From IMG/VR virus record IMGVR_UViG_3300044614_001341, positions 1-64,000 of that record: 64,000 bases of DNA. The stretch is one strand, 5' to 3'. The position numbers and the translations under genes are program-made. Origin of the DNA: a virus. The notes under the pieces are model-generated. The model had not been told where the DNA came from. It saw only the letters and a list, made by a program, of their open reading frames with translations, and made no database searches. Within the stretch, counting starts at the first letter, position 1. Each line of letters begins with the position of its first letter. Of the stretch, positions 37,386-46,584 are shown one piece after another.

Positions 37386-38048
37386 TCAAACTTCTACCGT
37401 GATCAGTCGGTTAGCATACTCATGAGCATACGAAGTGCGGGCACCATGAATGCCCCAACCAATCCAACTATACGCATAGTCCATGTAACGATTGATAGAC
37501 TTACCAGGAGTTTTCATCCTATCTGCAATTCGTTTCCATTGAACCTCAGTCGTTAGATAACCAAGTTGCGTTTGAAGAGATGATGGATTTCCACCAAACC
37601 TTCTAGCAAAATCACCCAATCCATAATAACGATCGGCAGATGTCCATTGGATCAGACCATAACCACGTCCGCAGTGATGGTACTGAGTCCTACTACCACC
37701 TTCACAAATATTAGGCACGAACATAGATTCCTGCTTAATATTGCCCAGGATAGTAGCAAGGGCGTTTCTGTCTTTAATTCCTTGCTCTTGGAAATAATCC
37801 AGAGCAAGTTGTTCATGTTCATTACACCCTTTACAAATTAACCTTTTCTCTTTTGGCTTTTCGGGAGCAACCTCTCGGATTGCTGTCTTCTTTTCATCTA
37901 CAAGATCAAACTCCCTAATAACAGAAAATGGTTTCGAATCCACTGGAGGTGGTGGACCCTGCATCTTGTAGTTGACGAATGGCAGTGTTGCCGTACTGGT
38001 TGTAACCGATGCCAAAAGGGGCAGGGTTACAGTAAAGAATTGTTGCAT
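37386..38048 (-). CDS. Phage tail-lysozyme-like cell-wall hydrolase with hydrophobic N-terminus
   Basis: ALATILGNIKQES, GYGLIQWT..R, QLGYL..E. Confidence 0.75.
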   Translation of the reverse strand: MQQFFTVTLPLLASVTTSTATLPFVNYKMQGPPPPVDSKPFSVIREFDLVDEKKTAIREVAPEKPKEKRLICKGCNEHEQLALDYFQEQGIKDRNALATILGNIKQESMFVPNICEGGSRTQYHHCGRGYGLIQWTSADRYYGLGDFARRFGGNPSSLQTQLGYLTTEVQWKRIADRMKTPGKSINRYMDYAYSWIGWGIHGARTSYAHEYANRLITVEV

Positions 38049-38272
38049 TAATTTTAATTGAACTCTACATCCGTATAGAAGGGGGGTACACCACCTCTCT
38101 CGAAGGGCACCTTCCACGGCTCTAATGTCACTTCAATGACTCATAATAAGAAACCCGCCATTTTGTAGCGGGCTTGTACATAATAAGTTAATATTTATGA
38201 TCTGTCAAGTGGACCAAGTGGACCAATTGAAAAACTGTCTCCATAAATACTTACACACCATATTTCAGAACG

Positions 38273-38734
38273 ATGAAAAGATTAGCACTTATCTTTTCGT
38301 TATTCTTCACTACTCCTGCTTTTGCTGGCGAAATCACATCAAAAATCACTGACTCAATTCAATTAGGCGTTCAGGGTGCAGCGGTACAATCAGAAAGAGT
38401 AGGAGCATCCTACGCTGTCTCGGGCACAAACATTAATGTAACAACTCTTGGAGGAGTTGGTGGAGCAGGTTCTTATGACATCAACACAAACGGGCAAGCA
38501 TTTAGTTTCTCTGAGACATCAATTACTGCAGATGTTGATGTTACCTCTCAGTCGGCAGCTTCTGGAACAATTGCTTCTCCCAACCTTTACGGCAACTCTA
38601 CTACTCAGTTAGGTGGTGATAAAGGTTCTCTCGCAGGTACTTTGAGTGGAACTACCGTTCCTAGCGTAACTGCTGGTGGGTCGGGAACCACGGCAACAGC
38701 ACAACGTAGCGTAGAACTGAGCGTATTCAAGTGA
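38273..38734 (+). CDS. Exported S/T/G-rich protein
   Basis: Signal peptide MKRLALIFSLFFTTPAFA; CATAAATA late-like promoter upstream. Confidence 0.85.
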   Translation: MKRLALIFSLFFTTPAFAGEITSKITDSIQLGVQGAAVQSERVGASYAVSGTNINVTTLGGVGGAGSYDINTNGQAFSFSETSITADVDVTSQSAASGTIASPNLYGNSTTQLGGDKGSLAGTLSGTTVPSVTAGGSGTTATAQRSVELSVFK

Positions 38735-39093
38735 GACGCATAACTCTCGGACTGCTTACAGTTCTGGGAGTTATAAGTCCTTCATATGCTGGACCAGTAA
38801 CTCCCAACTTCACCAGTGGGACAATTACCTCCGAAACGAAAACGCGAACTGAAGTTATTGAAACTATCAGACAAATAGAATACACTACTGGAACATCTTA
38901 TACAGTCACTGGAACCAACATCAATATACCAGGAACTCCTGCTCCTGGTATGAATTACACAATTCAAACTCAAGGTGCTCCATTCCAATTTAGTGAGACT
39001 TATCTGACTCCTGGAGTGGCAAAGGAAACATGGATAGACAGAAAAACTACAGAAGATTCTTTAACAAACACAATATCAGTCTTTACGCAGTAA
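38731..39093 (+). CDS. Exported T-rich protein
   Basis: Signal peptide ..VISPSYA/GPVTPNF; GTGA coupling. Confidence 0.85.
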   Translation: MRRITLGLLTVLGVISPSYAGPVTPNFTSGTITSETKTRTEVIETIRQIEYTTGTSYTVTGTNINIPGTPAPGMNYTIQTQGAPFQFSETYLTPGVAKETWIDRKTTEDSLTNTISVFTQ

Positions 39094-39632
39094 TAATTTT
39101 ATTGTTGACATTGACTGGATCGAGTAAAGGACAACAAGCACCAAGCAATACAAATATTGCAGGACCCTCAGCATCTGCGACTGGTAACGTAACTAACCAG
39201 GCAGTTCAGGTGCTTCAGGGTCCTTTTGCTTTAAATACTTATGGTGGCGGAGTTTCTTGCCAGGGTCCCACAATGAGTGTCGCACCGTTTATATTGGGAA
39301 ATACAAACTATAATGAGGACCCACAATCATTCCAATCTTATAGTGGAAATGCTGGTATCTCTTTTGGATTTAATTTTCCTCTAGATGGTTCATTACAAGA
39401 ACTTTGTAAAGCAAGAGTTCGTGTAGAAATTTCAAGGCAACAAGCAGAAGCAGATAAAGGAAGACTTGACTTTGAGCTTGTGAGACTTTTGAAGTGTGGT
39501 GAAGCACTGAAAAATGGAATTTCATTTCACCCAGAAAGTCCTTATGCAAAAATTTGTGCTGATATTGTTGTGAAGTATCCACAAGTACAGGATATAGCAA
39601 ATGGAAATCAAACAAATACAGATAAGAAGTGA
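39030..39632 (+). CDS. Exported/membrane protein with four Cys
   Basis: Hydrophobic N-terminal segment; SCQGPT, LCK, KCGE, ICAD. Confidence 0.8.
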   Translation: MDRQKNYRRFFNKHNISLYAVIILLLTLTGSSKGQQAPSNTNIAGPSASATGNVTNQAVQVLQGPFALNTYGGGVSCQGPTMSVAPFILGNTNYNEDPQSFQSYSGNAGISFGFNFPLDGSLQELCKARVRVEISRQQAEADKGRLDFELVRLLKCGEALKNGISFHPESPYAKICADIVVKYPQVQDIANGNQTNTDKK

Positions 39633-40275
39633 ACCTCCACCTATCATTCCAACGATAGAACCCCCTGTAACTCGCAGCACAGAACGTTCTATCGTACCTC
39701 AAATTGATATTCCCATCATCAATATGCCAGATACAACTATCAAGTATCCAGTAATTGATGTTCCAACTCAAGAAGAATTTGATGCTGCAGTCAGAGCGGA
39801 ACAAAAAAAGAAAGAAGAAGAAAAAGAAGAAAAAAGTAGAGGACTTCCTGATACTGCACCAGTTATACCACAACAACTTGTACAGCAGGATGTACAAGCA
39901 GTACAAGTTCCCACACAAGTTGAAACATCAAATACAAATTTAGGAGTACCGGTCATTGAAGTACCAATCGTCGGGGAAGTTCCAGTTCCTCCAAAAGAAC
40001 AGGTTATACTTGCTGGCACCACTGCTACTGCTTCTGTTGCTGCGGCTCTTATTGGCAAATCTTTGGTGGAATGGATGGTAGGTAAAATGAAACCTATTGT
40101 TCAGCAGATATTCGTAAGGGGTAAGAAACTTTTAAGCAAAGATCTTACCCCATATGAAACTCAGGTTTATTTTGCTTTCGAAAAATCTTCTTCTCTAAAG
40201 AAGGTCAATAAGTTACTCAAAAAAGAACAAAAGACTGAAAAGAAAGACCAATATAAAAAGTTTCACTCAAAGTGA
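39601..40275 (+). CDS. Pro/Glu-rich protein with hydrophobic segment and basic tail
   Basis: ORF track; last gene of the plus-strand operon. Confidence 0.75.
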   Translation: MEIKQIQIRSEPPPIIPTIEPPVTRSTERSIVPQIDIPIINMPDTTIKYPVIDVPTQEEFDAAVRAEQKKKEEEKEEKSRGLPDTAPVIPQQLVQQDVQAVQVPTQVETSNTNLGVPVIEVPIVGEVPVPPKEQVILAGTTATASVAAALIGKSLVEWMVGKMKPIVQQIFVRGKKLLSKDLTPYETQVYFAFEKSSSLKKVNKLLKKEQKTEKKDQYKKFHSK

Positions 40276-40290
40276 TTATTAATTTCAATA

Positions 40291-40503
40291 TTAAAAAGGA
40301 AACTTAATACTGGGAGTATTAAGTTTCGGAATAGGTAGTTTCTCAAATGCTTTCGATACTTGCTTCTCTACAACAGCACCAACAAACTCTTCCGGATTAT
40401 CTAGAATCTTCTGTGCTTTTTGATAAGTAATGTATGCTCCCACACAAAGAGCACCACTAATGGTGAGACTTGTGATTGATAGGATCAGACTCAGATGTTT
40501 CAT
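40291..40503 (-). CDS. Small membrane-anchored protein
   Basis: N-terminal TM. Confidence 0.7.
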   Translation of the reverse strand: MKHLSLILSITSLTISGALCVGAYITYQKAQKILDNPEEFVGAVVEKQVSKAFEKLPIPKLNTPSIKFPF

Positions 40504-40609
40504 CTTGCATCTCCAAATATGCTAACTTTAATATGTAGTAAATGACATATGCAGTAAATATCAAACCAGAACAAAGAATTATAATTACGCCCCAAGGAAA
40601 TTCATTCAT
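40457..40609 (-). CDS. 50-aa membrane protein
   Basis: MNEFPWGVIIILCSGLIFTAYVIYYILKLAY... Confidence 0.55.
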   Translation of the reverse strand: MNEFPWGVIIILCSGLIFTAYVIYYILKLAYLEMQDETSESDPINHKSHH

Positions 40610-40802
40610 CCCAAACACCCTCTTGTTTATGAATCCAAATTTTTAAATCTTTAACGTATTTTCTTAGAATTTGTGCTTGTTCTTCGTGCCAAAAATCACC
40701 CGTCTCCATATGAAGGCGGGTGTGATTATCTATGGCTTTAAGTATTTGATGTATTGGAGGATTCCAACACTCACGCTTGGGAGTGTTCCACTCTCTTGGC
40801 AT
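40602..40802 (-). CDS. Hypothetical protein
   Basis: GAGG RBS; MPREWNTPKRECWN. Confidence 0.7.
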   Translation of the reverse strand: MPREWNTPKRECWNPPIHQILKAIDNHTRLHMETGDFWHEEQAQILRKYVKDLKIWIHKQEGVWDE

Positions 40803-40811
40803 AAAACCTCA

Positions 40812-40919
40812 TTATTTTTTCTTACCACCATTCTTCGCTTTTTTGGCAGTAGCATTACCAGAGTTCTGCTTTTTATTATTTGCAGAACCCTTCTTACCTT
40901 TGTTTGCTGATTTTGCCAT
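40812..40919 (-). CDS. 35-aa Lys-rich peptide
   Basis: MAKSANKGKKGSANNKKQNSGNATAKKAKNGGKKK; TAATG coupling, AGGAG RBS. Confidence 0.6.
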   Translation of the reverse strand: MAKSANKGKKGSANNKKQNSGNATAKKAKNGGKKK

Positions 40920-41275
40920 TATGCTCCTGTGCGTGGTTGAACGAATCCTTCACCATCTTCTACTTTAGTTTCAAGTGCTTCAACTCTTGCTTCAAGAGTT
41001 TCTGGTGGTGCTTCAGGGGAAGGTGGTTCTGGTGGAGTTTCTACAAACTCCTCCCTCTTTGGTTGATCTTTCTTTTCATCTTCATCATCACCACCTTTCT
41101 TCATTGTATTGATGCCAAAAGTGGCAGCAGATGCTGTGAAGACTGTAGCGATAAAAGTTGGGTCCATCTTAGATAGAGTACCCGCATAACTTGCAGTGAG
41201 AAGAGCGGCAGACCAACCCAAGATACATATACGAATTAATTGTCCCATAGCATTTTCGTTTTTCTTAGTAGCCAT
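40919..41275 (-). CDS. Two-TM protein, holin candidate
   Basis: Two hydrophobic segments, acidic tail, directly after endolysin. Confidence 0.55.
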   Translation of the reverse strand: MATKKNENAMGQLIRICILGWSAALLTASYAGTLSKMDPTFIATVFTASAATFGINTMKKGGDDEDEKKDQPKREEFVETPPEPPSPEAPPETLEARVEALETKVEDGEGFVQPRTGA

Positions 41276-41293
41276 TTTCCTTTGTGAATAGGG

Positions 41294-41965
41294 TTAACCT
41301 TTTTTCCAAGATTCACCTTCTGCTTTTCTTCTACGAGCAAGTCCTGCTTCTACATTGGAACCAGGATTTCTGTAGAGATATAAAGCATCGGGAACTAAGT
41401 CCCATTCTTTATTCTTCAGTCTCTTAGTGATAGTATTAAAATCACCAGAACCATAAAAACCAGCACCGAGATTATAAGCAAAAGAAAGTAGGGCACCTCT
41501 TTTACCATCAGACATTTCATTCCAGTGTGGAATTTTACGAAGTGCAGGAAGAAATTCTCTCTTGCATTGTTCAATCAAAAGTTCATCTGCTTCTTGTTGG
41601 GTAAGTGTATCACCCATATGGAATGCAGATCCATCTTTCTTACGAGTTGAACCCCAACCAATTGTGATTGGAAGTCCACCAGTGAGAGGGTCTGGATATG
41701 CTTTGAGGTGACATCCTTCAAACTCTTTGATCAATTTAAGTCCCATCATAGGCATATCGTCACCACCAACTACAGGAGCGGCAGCAGATGGTGCTGATGC
41801 TGGTGCCGCATTACCCTTTTTTCCTCTGTAGATCTCCGCCCAATCTACATTATCTTCTAGATACTTGACTGGTAGATTATCTTCTAACCATTGAACTGCT
41901 TTCACATGATTAGGGTTCTTCTCGTCATAGAACTTGAAGAAGTTATGTAAATCGATTCTTGCCAT
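41294..41965 (-). CDS. Endolysin (GH24 lysozyme)
   Basis: LIKEFEGCHLKAYPD..TIGWG, ALLSFAYNLG, GLARRRKAE. Confidence 0.93.
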   Translation of the reverse strand: MARIDLHNFFKFYDEKNPNHVKAVQWLEDNLPVKYLEDNVDWAEIYRGKKGNAAPASAPSAAAPVVGGDDMPMMGLKLIKEFEGCHLKAYPDPLTGGLPITIGWGSTRKKDGSAFHMGDTLTQQEADELLIEQCKREFLPALRKIPHWNEMSDGKRGALLSFAYNLGAGFYGSGDFNTITKRLKNKEWDLVPDALYLYRNPGSNVEAGLARRRKAEGESWKKG

Positions 41966-42063
41966 TGTCGTCTCCAAAGTATTTGTTGAAAAGTTTGGAA
42001 GCTTCTAAATGCTTTCCGTGATTTGTAAGATCTTTAATTCTTTGCAAGATCTTTCTCTTGAAA

Positions 42064-42735
42064 TTAATCGAAGATTCTGCCCCATCCATCATTGCCCCCT
42101 GGACACCAACGGTGCTTAAGAACTGCTTTGGTATAAATGGTTTTCTTACCATTCGTTACGGGACCAGTATAATTGTCATTGAGAGAACCATAAGGATCAT
42201 TAATATAATATCCCTTACCATCTGGAGTCTTACCAATGACCACGCACATGTGCCCACCAGTAGGAGAAGTTAGAGAACCACGGTGGAGAATACCAATAAC
42301 AACAGGTTTTCCTCTATCAAGACTCTTATCAATATCAACAAAACTTAAATTATAACTAAAGTGTGATTTAATACCATAACCTTGTAGAACTTTAGTCTGC
42401 ACTGCATGGTCTGTAGTATCACCAATCGCAAATACTTTCTTAACATACTCATCATCACCTTTAATGCTTCCTGGTTTGAGGAAAGCAAGACACATTGCAC
42501 ACGATGAAGAGTTGCAAGTTCTTTGTGCATCTCTATAGTTGTCTACTTGGTTAAAGTATGGAACATCAAGAACTGCTGGAGTTGGTGGTTTTGTTCTAAA
42601 AATTCCAATCCATTCAGATTCTGAGTCATCCATAAATTGAGCAGGAAGGTTATCCTCTAACCATTGAACTGCTGCTACATGATTCACATTACCATCATCA
42701 TAATACTTAAAAAAGTTATGAAGATCTAATGTCAT
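42064..42735 (-). CDS. C39-like peptidase (putative cell-wall endopeptidase)
   Basis: LDVPYFNQ..CNSSSCAM..GHMCVVIG..INDPYG. Confidence 0.85.
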   Translation of the reverse strand: MTLDLHNFFKYYDDGNVNHVAAVQWLEDNLPAQFMDDSESEWIGIFRTKPPTPAVLDVPYFNQVDNYRDAQRTCNSSSCAMCLAFLKPGSIKGDDEYVKKVFAIGDTTDHAVQTKVLQGYGIKSHFSYNLSFVDIDKSLDRGKPVVIGILHRGSLTSPTGGHMCVVIGKTPDGKGYYINDPYGSLNDNYTGPVTNGKKTIYTKAVLKHRWCPGGNDGWGRIFD

Positions 42736-42778
42736 TATACCTCTTTTCTGACACTAGAGATATTTATAAAATGCTCAA

Positions 42779-43027
42779 TTAATCTCCAATATATTCCAAT
42801 GAAAAAATATCATGCTCCAAAATATCTGGATCTAACCATTCATTAAATTCTTTTTGAATGGCATGAGCATTTTCATAATTTTTTTCTTCGCATAGTGAGT
42901 GCATACGGTCAATTGCCCAATCATGTGAGATACGAAGTGTATTTTCAAGAATTGTCATTAAAATAATCCTTTCTAAAATATCTGGAGAGAATATTGCTAT
43001 TGTAGTATGCAGGTTCTCCAGAGTCAA
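42779..43027 (-). CDS. Hypothetical protein (true start probably MTILENT)
   Basis: ORF track. Confidence 0.55.
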   Translation of the reverse strand: MTLENLHTTIAIFSPDILERIILMTILENTLRISHDWAIDRMHSLCEEKNYENAHAIQKEFNEWLDPDILEHDIFSLEYIGD

Positions 43028-43376
43028 GTGCTTCAGTCAATACATTATTAAGAAATAGTTGTCTCGTTTCTTCAAAATTACATTTACCTTTGGTCTTATG
43101 AAGACTTATTATTTCTCTATTGAAAAACTCTTTGCCATACTTAATCACGTCTTCTTTAAGTTCTGGACAGGAACCATAATATTTTTTCCAATCAGACTCT
43201 GATTTAACTTTTCTAGATTTTCCCTTCGGTGTGCGAAAAGACCAGAAGTATTTCCTACCCACATATCTGCGATTAGTTTTACTGCAAGATATGAGATATA
43301 CAAAACCAAAATAATCTTCAATATTAGAAGACTCAAAAATTTCTCCATTGAATCTCCAAGGATTCTCATAGCTCAT
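42945..43376 (-). CDS. GIY-YIG-family (Seg-like) nuclease
   Basis: FGFVYLI....RRYVGRK, YYGS, YYN. Confidence 0.8.
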   Translation of the reverse strand: MSYENPWRFNGEIFESSNIEDYFGFVYLISCSKTNRRYVGRKYFWSFRTPKGKSRKVKSESDWKKYYGSCPELKEDVIKYGKEFFNREIISLHKTKGKCNFEETRQLFLNNVLTEALDSGEPAYYNSNILSRYFRKDYFNDNS

Positions 43377-43481
43377 ATAGTAATCTTATAGAGCTATTAT
43401 TTATCTTCAACGCTAGCAAAGCGATTTTAGCAACAAAAAAGGGTCTTGTCAAGACCCTTTGAGAACCTTATGGTTTTTATA

Positions 43482-44828
43482 TCAAACTCCAGGAAGTTGT
43501 GGTCCTGTACGCTTTAGAGCAGATTGTGCTTCATTTGGGTTATTTGTTCCCTTTCCCAAATTATAAATCTTTTGAGTTTTTTGTGCTGCTTTATGAGCAG
43601 TGGGATCAATTGGTTCAGGCATTACACCTTCAACAATGCTTTTAATGTTTTCACTATCCATTTGCATCATTACATAAAGTGCTTCTTCTAAGGTGTCTAC
43701 GTGCCCCTGTGAGAAGAGATACTCAAGGACTAAATCATAGGCATCATTCATCATTTTTTGCTCCTTGACTGGGTTTTTGGAAGCACTAACTCCAGCTTTG
43801 ACTGCCGATAGTTCTTGTTCTTTTGTAGATTGTCCTGCAGACTTTGCTTTATCTCTTGCTTCTCGTGCTGCTGCTAGTTCTGCAGAAGTTGCTGCCCTTC
43901 TTTCAAATTTAACTCCACCTACAGACCCTAGAGCATATCCTGCAGGGGATTTTTCAATCTTTGGTTGTGGTGCTGGTCTAGGTGCAGGAGCAGTTCTTGC
44001 AACAGGAGGTTGTGCTGCAGGTGCAGGTGAAGGTCTAAGTGTAGGTGGCGGCGGGGTTGCTCTTCCTGCATTTGGATCTCCAACCCAATCACCACTAGTA
44101 CGAAATTCTGGATCTCTTCTTTTATTTTGTTCAGAATCCCATCTTTCCTTAGCTTTTTTTGCAGCTTCTGGATCCGTAATGGGTACATATTTTCCTGCTT
44201 TATTTTTTTGATACCATCCTCTACCACCCTTTCCAGTTACTGGCGCTACTTGTGCTGGTGCTTCTGTTACTAAGGAATCATTTTCAGATTCGAAATGATT
44301 GACAATAACTGCCCCTTTTGGATCTTTTTTTACTGTTGGTGTTTGTCTTGCTACTGGCGGTTTTCCAGTTGGAGTTCTCCTTCCAGATCTAACATCCGGA
44401 TCTGCCGACTTTTCTGGTGGAGGAACTAGCCATTGACCCAATTGTTTGCCTAGATCTTGACTTTGAGTAGGTTTAGGTGTTTGGGTTGAAATTTCTTTTG
44501 CAGTTGGTGGTTTGGATTGTGGTTTTCCGCCACCGGAACCAAGAACTCTTTCAACAGATTTACCAATTTTTTCTAAATCTACAGAACCACCGGTAGCAGC
44601 TTTTGTTATTCCTGAAATTGCCGATCCAGCATAATCCGCAACGGATTTAATAACTCCAGCAACTGGAGTTGCGATTTTATCACTCTCTCTACCAACTACT
44701 CTAGCACCCTTTTCCCACTGCTTAGAAACGTCACTCTGCTGCTCGTCTAACTCAGTATTGTTATGAGAATAAATTGATCGGTAAATATCATCAATTTCAT
44801 TAATTTTTTTCGAAGAAAGCTCGCCCAT
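43482..44828 (-). CDS. Low-complexity late protein with YDLVLEYLFSQGH domain
   Basis: TATAAATA upstream; domain shared with 15575..15985. Confidence 0.75.
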   Translation of the reverse strand: MGELSSKKINEIDDIYRSIYSHNNTELDEQQSDVSKQWEKGARVVGRESDKIATPVAGVIKSVADYAGSAISGITKAATGGSVDLEKIGKSVERVLGSGGGKPQSKPPTAKEISTQTPKPTQSQDLGKQLGQWLVPPPEKSADPDVRSGRRTPTGKPPVARQTPTVKKDPKGAVIVNHFESENDSLVTEAPAQVAPVTGKGGRGWYQKNKAGKYVPITDPEAAKKAKERWDSEQNKRRDPEFRTSGDWVGDPNAGRATPPPPTLRPSPAPAAQPPVARTAPAPRPAPQPKIEKSPAGYALGSVGGVKFERRAATSAELAAAREARDKAKSAGQSTKEQELSAVKAGVSASKNPVKEQKMMNDAYDLVLEYLFSQGHVDTLEEALYVMMQMDSENIKSIVEGVMPEPIDPTAHKAAQKTQKIYNLGKGTNNPNEAQSALKRTGPQLPGV

Positions 44829-44863
44829 TTTACTACTAGATAGTTCTTTATAATGATATTTAT

Positions 44864-44890
44864 AAAAAAAGAGGGTCCGAAGACCCTCTC
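44864..44890 (-). terminator. Terminator after the nrd operon
   Basis: GAGGGTC-TTCG-GACCCTC + T tract. Confidence 0.9.
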
Positions 44891-45020
44891 ACACATTTAA
44901 TAAACATCGTTACTCTTTGAGTCTTTCCAAACATAAGAGTAATCATAATCACCAAATAAAAAAAGATCCGATTCTGCAGCATCTTTATATGCGTTCAGGA
45001 GTTCCTGTTCGCACCATTCA

Positions 45021-46205
45021 TCATAATTGGAATCCTGAGAAAGTATCTTTGGTAACATCTTGTTTGATTCCCCCGACGATATAGGACTCAACTTCCGTTT
45101 CCTGGGGTGCCACTTGAAGTCCCTTAGAGGAAATCCAATGCTCAGTCCAAGGAAGTGGATTGTTCTTTGCTGGAATATCATAAAGTGGGCGAAGACCGAT
45201 TGCCTTCATTCTACGATTTGCAATCCATTCAACATACTGCTGCAACAGTTTGTCATTTAGACCAATCATAGATCCATCCTTGAACAGATATTCTGCCCAA
45301 AGTTTTTCTTGATTGACTGCGTTCTCAAAGGTCTTGTAGACCCACTGCTCTTCTTCTTTGGAAATACGTGCCATCTCAGGGTCATCACCTTCTTTCCATT
45401 TGTTGAGAATGTTTTGAGTAATGACCAAGTGCTGATTTTCATCTCTAGCAATTAGAGAGATGATTTTTGCACTTCCTTCCATAAGTTTGAGTTCGCCAAA
45501 TGCAAAACTGCAAGCGAAACTGACGTAAAAGCGAATACCTTCAAGAATATTAACGTTTGCAACTGCTCGAAAGAGTTTGCGCTTGAGTTCATACCTTGCC
45601 TCTTGTGCGTATGGTACTTGTTCTAATGCATGAATCCATTCATTAGTTGAACCATAATGTTGAGCACTATTAATGAAGTCGTTATATGCCTCAGTTACAC
45701 TGACGGCACGTTCCATAATACGATCCTCTTTGAGAATAGTATCAAAGACTTCAGATGGATCTGAATAAACATTCTTGATAATATAAGTGTATGAACGGGA
45801 ATGAATCATTTCCATAAACTCCCAAACCTTCATACACGCTTCTAGTTCGGGCAGTGAACAGTATGGAGCAAATGCCATACCAGGTCCACGACCCTGAACT
45901 GAGTCCAGCATCACCTGATACTTCAAGTTACTGGTGAAGATGTGCTTTTGTTCTGGGCGAAGAGATTGGTAATCTCCACGATCTTTTTGGAGGGAGACCT
46001 CTTCAGGTCTCCAGAAATAACCCAATTGCTGTGTTGTTAGTTTATCAAAAATTGGATACTTGTAAGAATCATATCTTTGGATTCCTAGTGGTTGACCAAA
46101 AAACATAGGTTGCTTTTTGGTGTCTACTTCCTGAGGATTAAAAACGGTCATTGATTCGACCATTGATTTTTCCTCCAAACCTGTTTTAAATCTTACAAGA
46201 CTCAC
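45021..46205 (-). CDS. nrdB: Ribonucleotide reductase class Ia beta subunit
   Basis: FWRPEEV, EMIHSRSY, EGIRFYVSF, RDENQH, APQETE. Confidence 0.97.
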   Translation of the reverse strand: MSLVRFKTGLEEKSMVESMTVFNPQEVDTKKQPMFFGQPLGIQRYDSYKYPIFDKLTTQQLGYFWRPEEVSLQKDRGDYQSLRPEQKHIFTSNLKYQVMLDSVQGRGPGMAFAPYCSLPELEACMKVWEFMEMIHSRSYTYIIKNVYSDPSEVFDTILKEDRIMERAVSVTEAYNDFINSAQHYGSTNEWIHALEQVPYAQEARYELKRKLFRAVANVNILEGIRFYVSFACSFAFGELKLMEGSAKIISLIARDENQHLVITQNILNKWKEGDDPEMARISKEEEQWVYKTFENAVNQEKLWAEYLFKDGSMIGLNDKLLQQYVEWIANRRMKAIGLRPLYDIPAKNNPLPWTEHWISSKGLQVAPQETEVESYIVGGIKQDVTKDTFSGFQL

Positions 46206-46287
46206 AATCTTCCTCCTCTGTTTAAATTAACTTTTGGAAAAATTCTACACATTCTATTTACCTCCAAAAAATATTTGGGTTTCATAA

Positions 46288-46584
46288 TTAAACCTCAATA
46301 ATCAAAACATCTTTTTTAGTCATAGGAATTTTAACATCCTGTTTTTTACCGTCAAACTCATCACAATAATCACAAATTTCTTCAGTAAAGGAATAATAGT
46401 CAATATTACTTTGCCACTTTGTAGTGTAATTACAGTAATTGATTGATGATTGGAAGATGGCAAACTCATCCTCAATATTCTCATAATAATTGTCCTTGTA
46501 TATAATCAGGACTTCCATATCATCAGGATATTGTAAAAGTGCTTCTTTTAGATGTTTAACTTTCATAACTCTTGATAACTCCAT
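46288..46584 (-). CDS. Hypothetical protein
   Basis: MKVKHLKEALLQYPDDMEV. Confidence 0.65.
   Translation of the reverse strand: MELSRVMKVKHLKEALLQYPDDMEVLIIYKDNYYENIEDEFAIFQSSINYCNYTTKWQSNIDYYSFTEEICDYCDEFDGKKQDVKIPMTKKDVLIIEV

Noticed and set aside
39370-40058. Minus-strand ORFs over the plus-strand operon
   Set aside because: Poly-Phe/Ser shadows of K/E-rich codons; plus-strand ORFs have signal peptides and coupling
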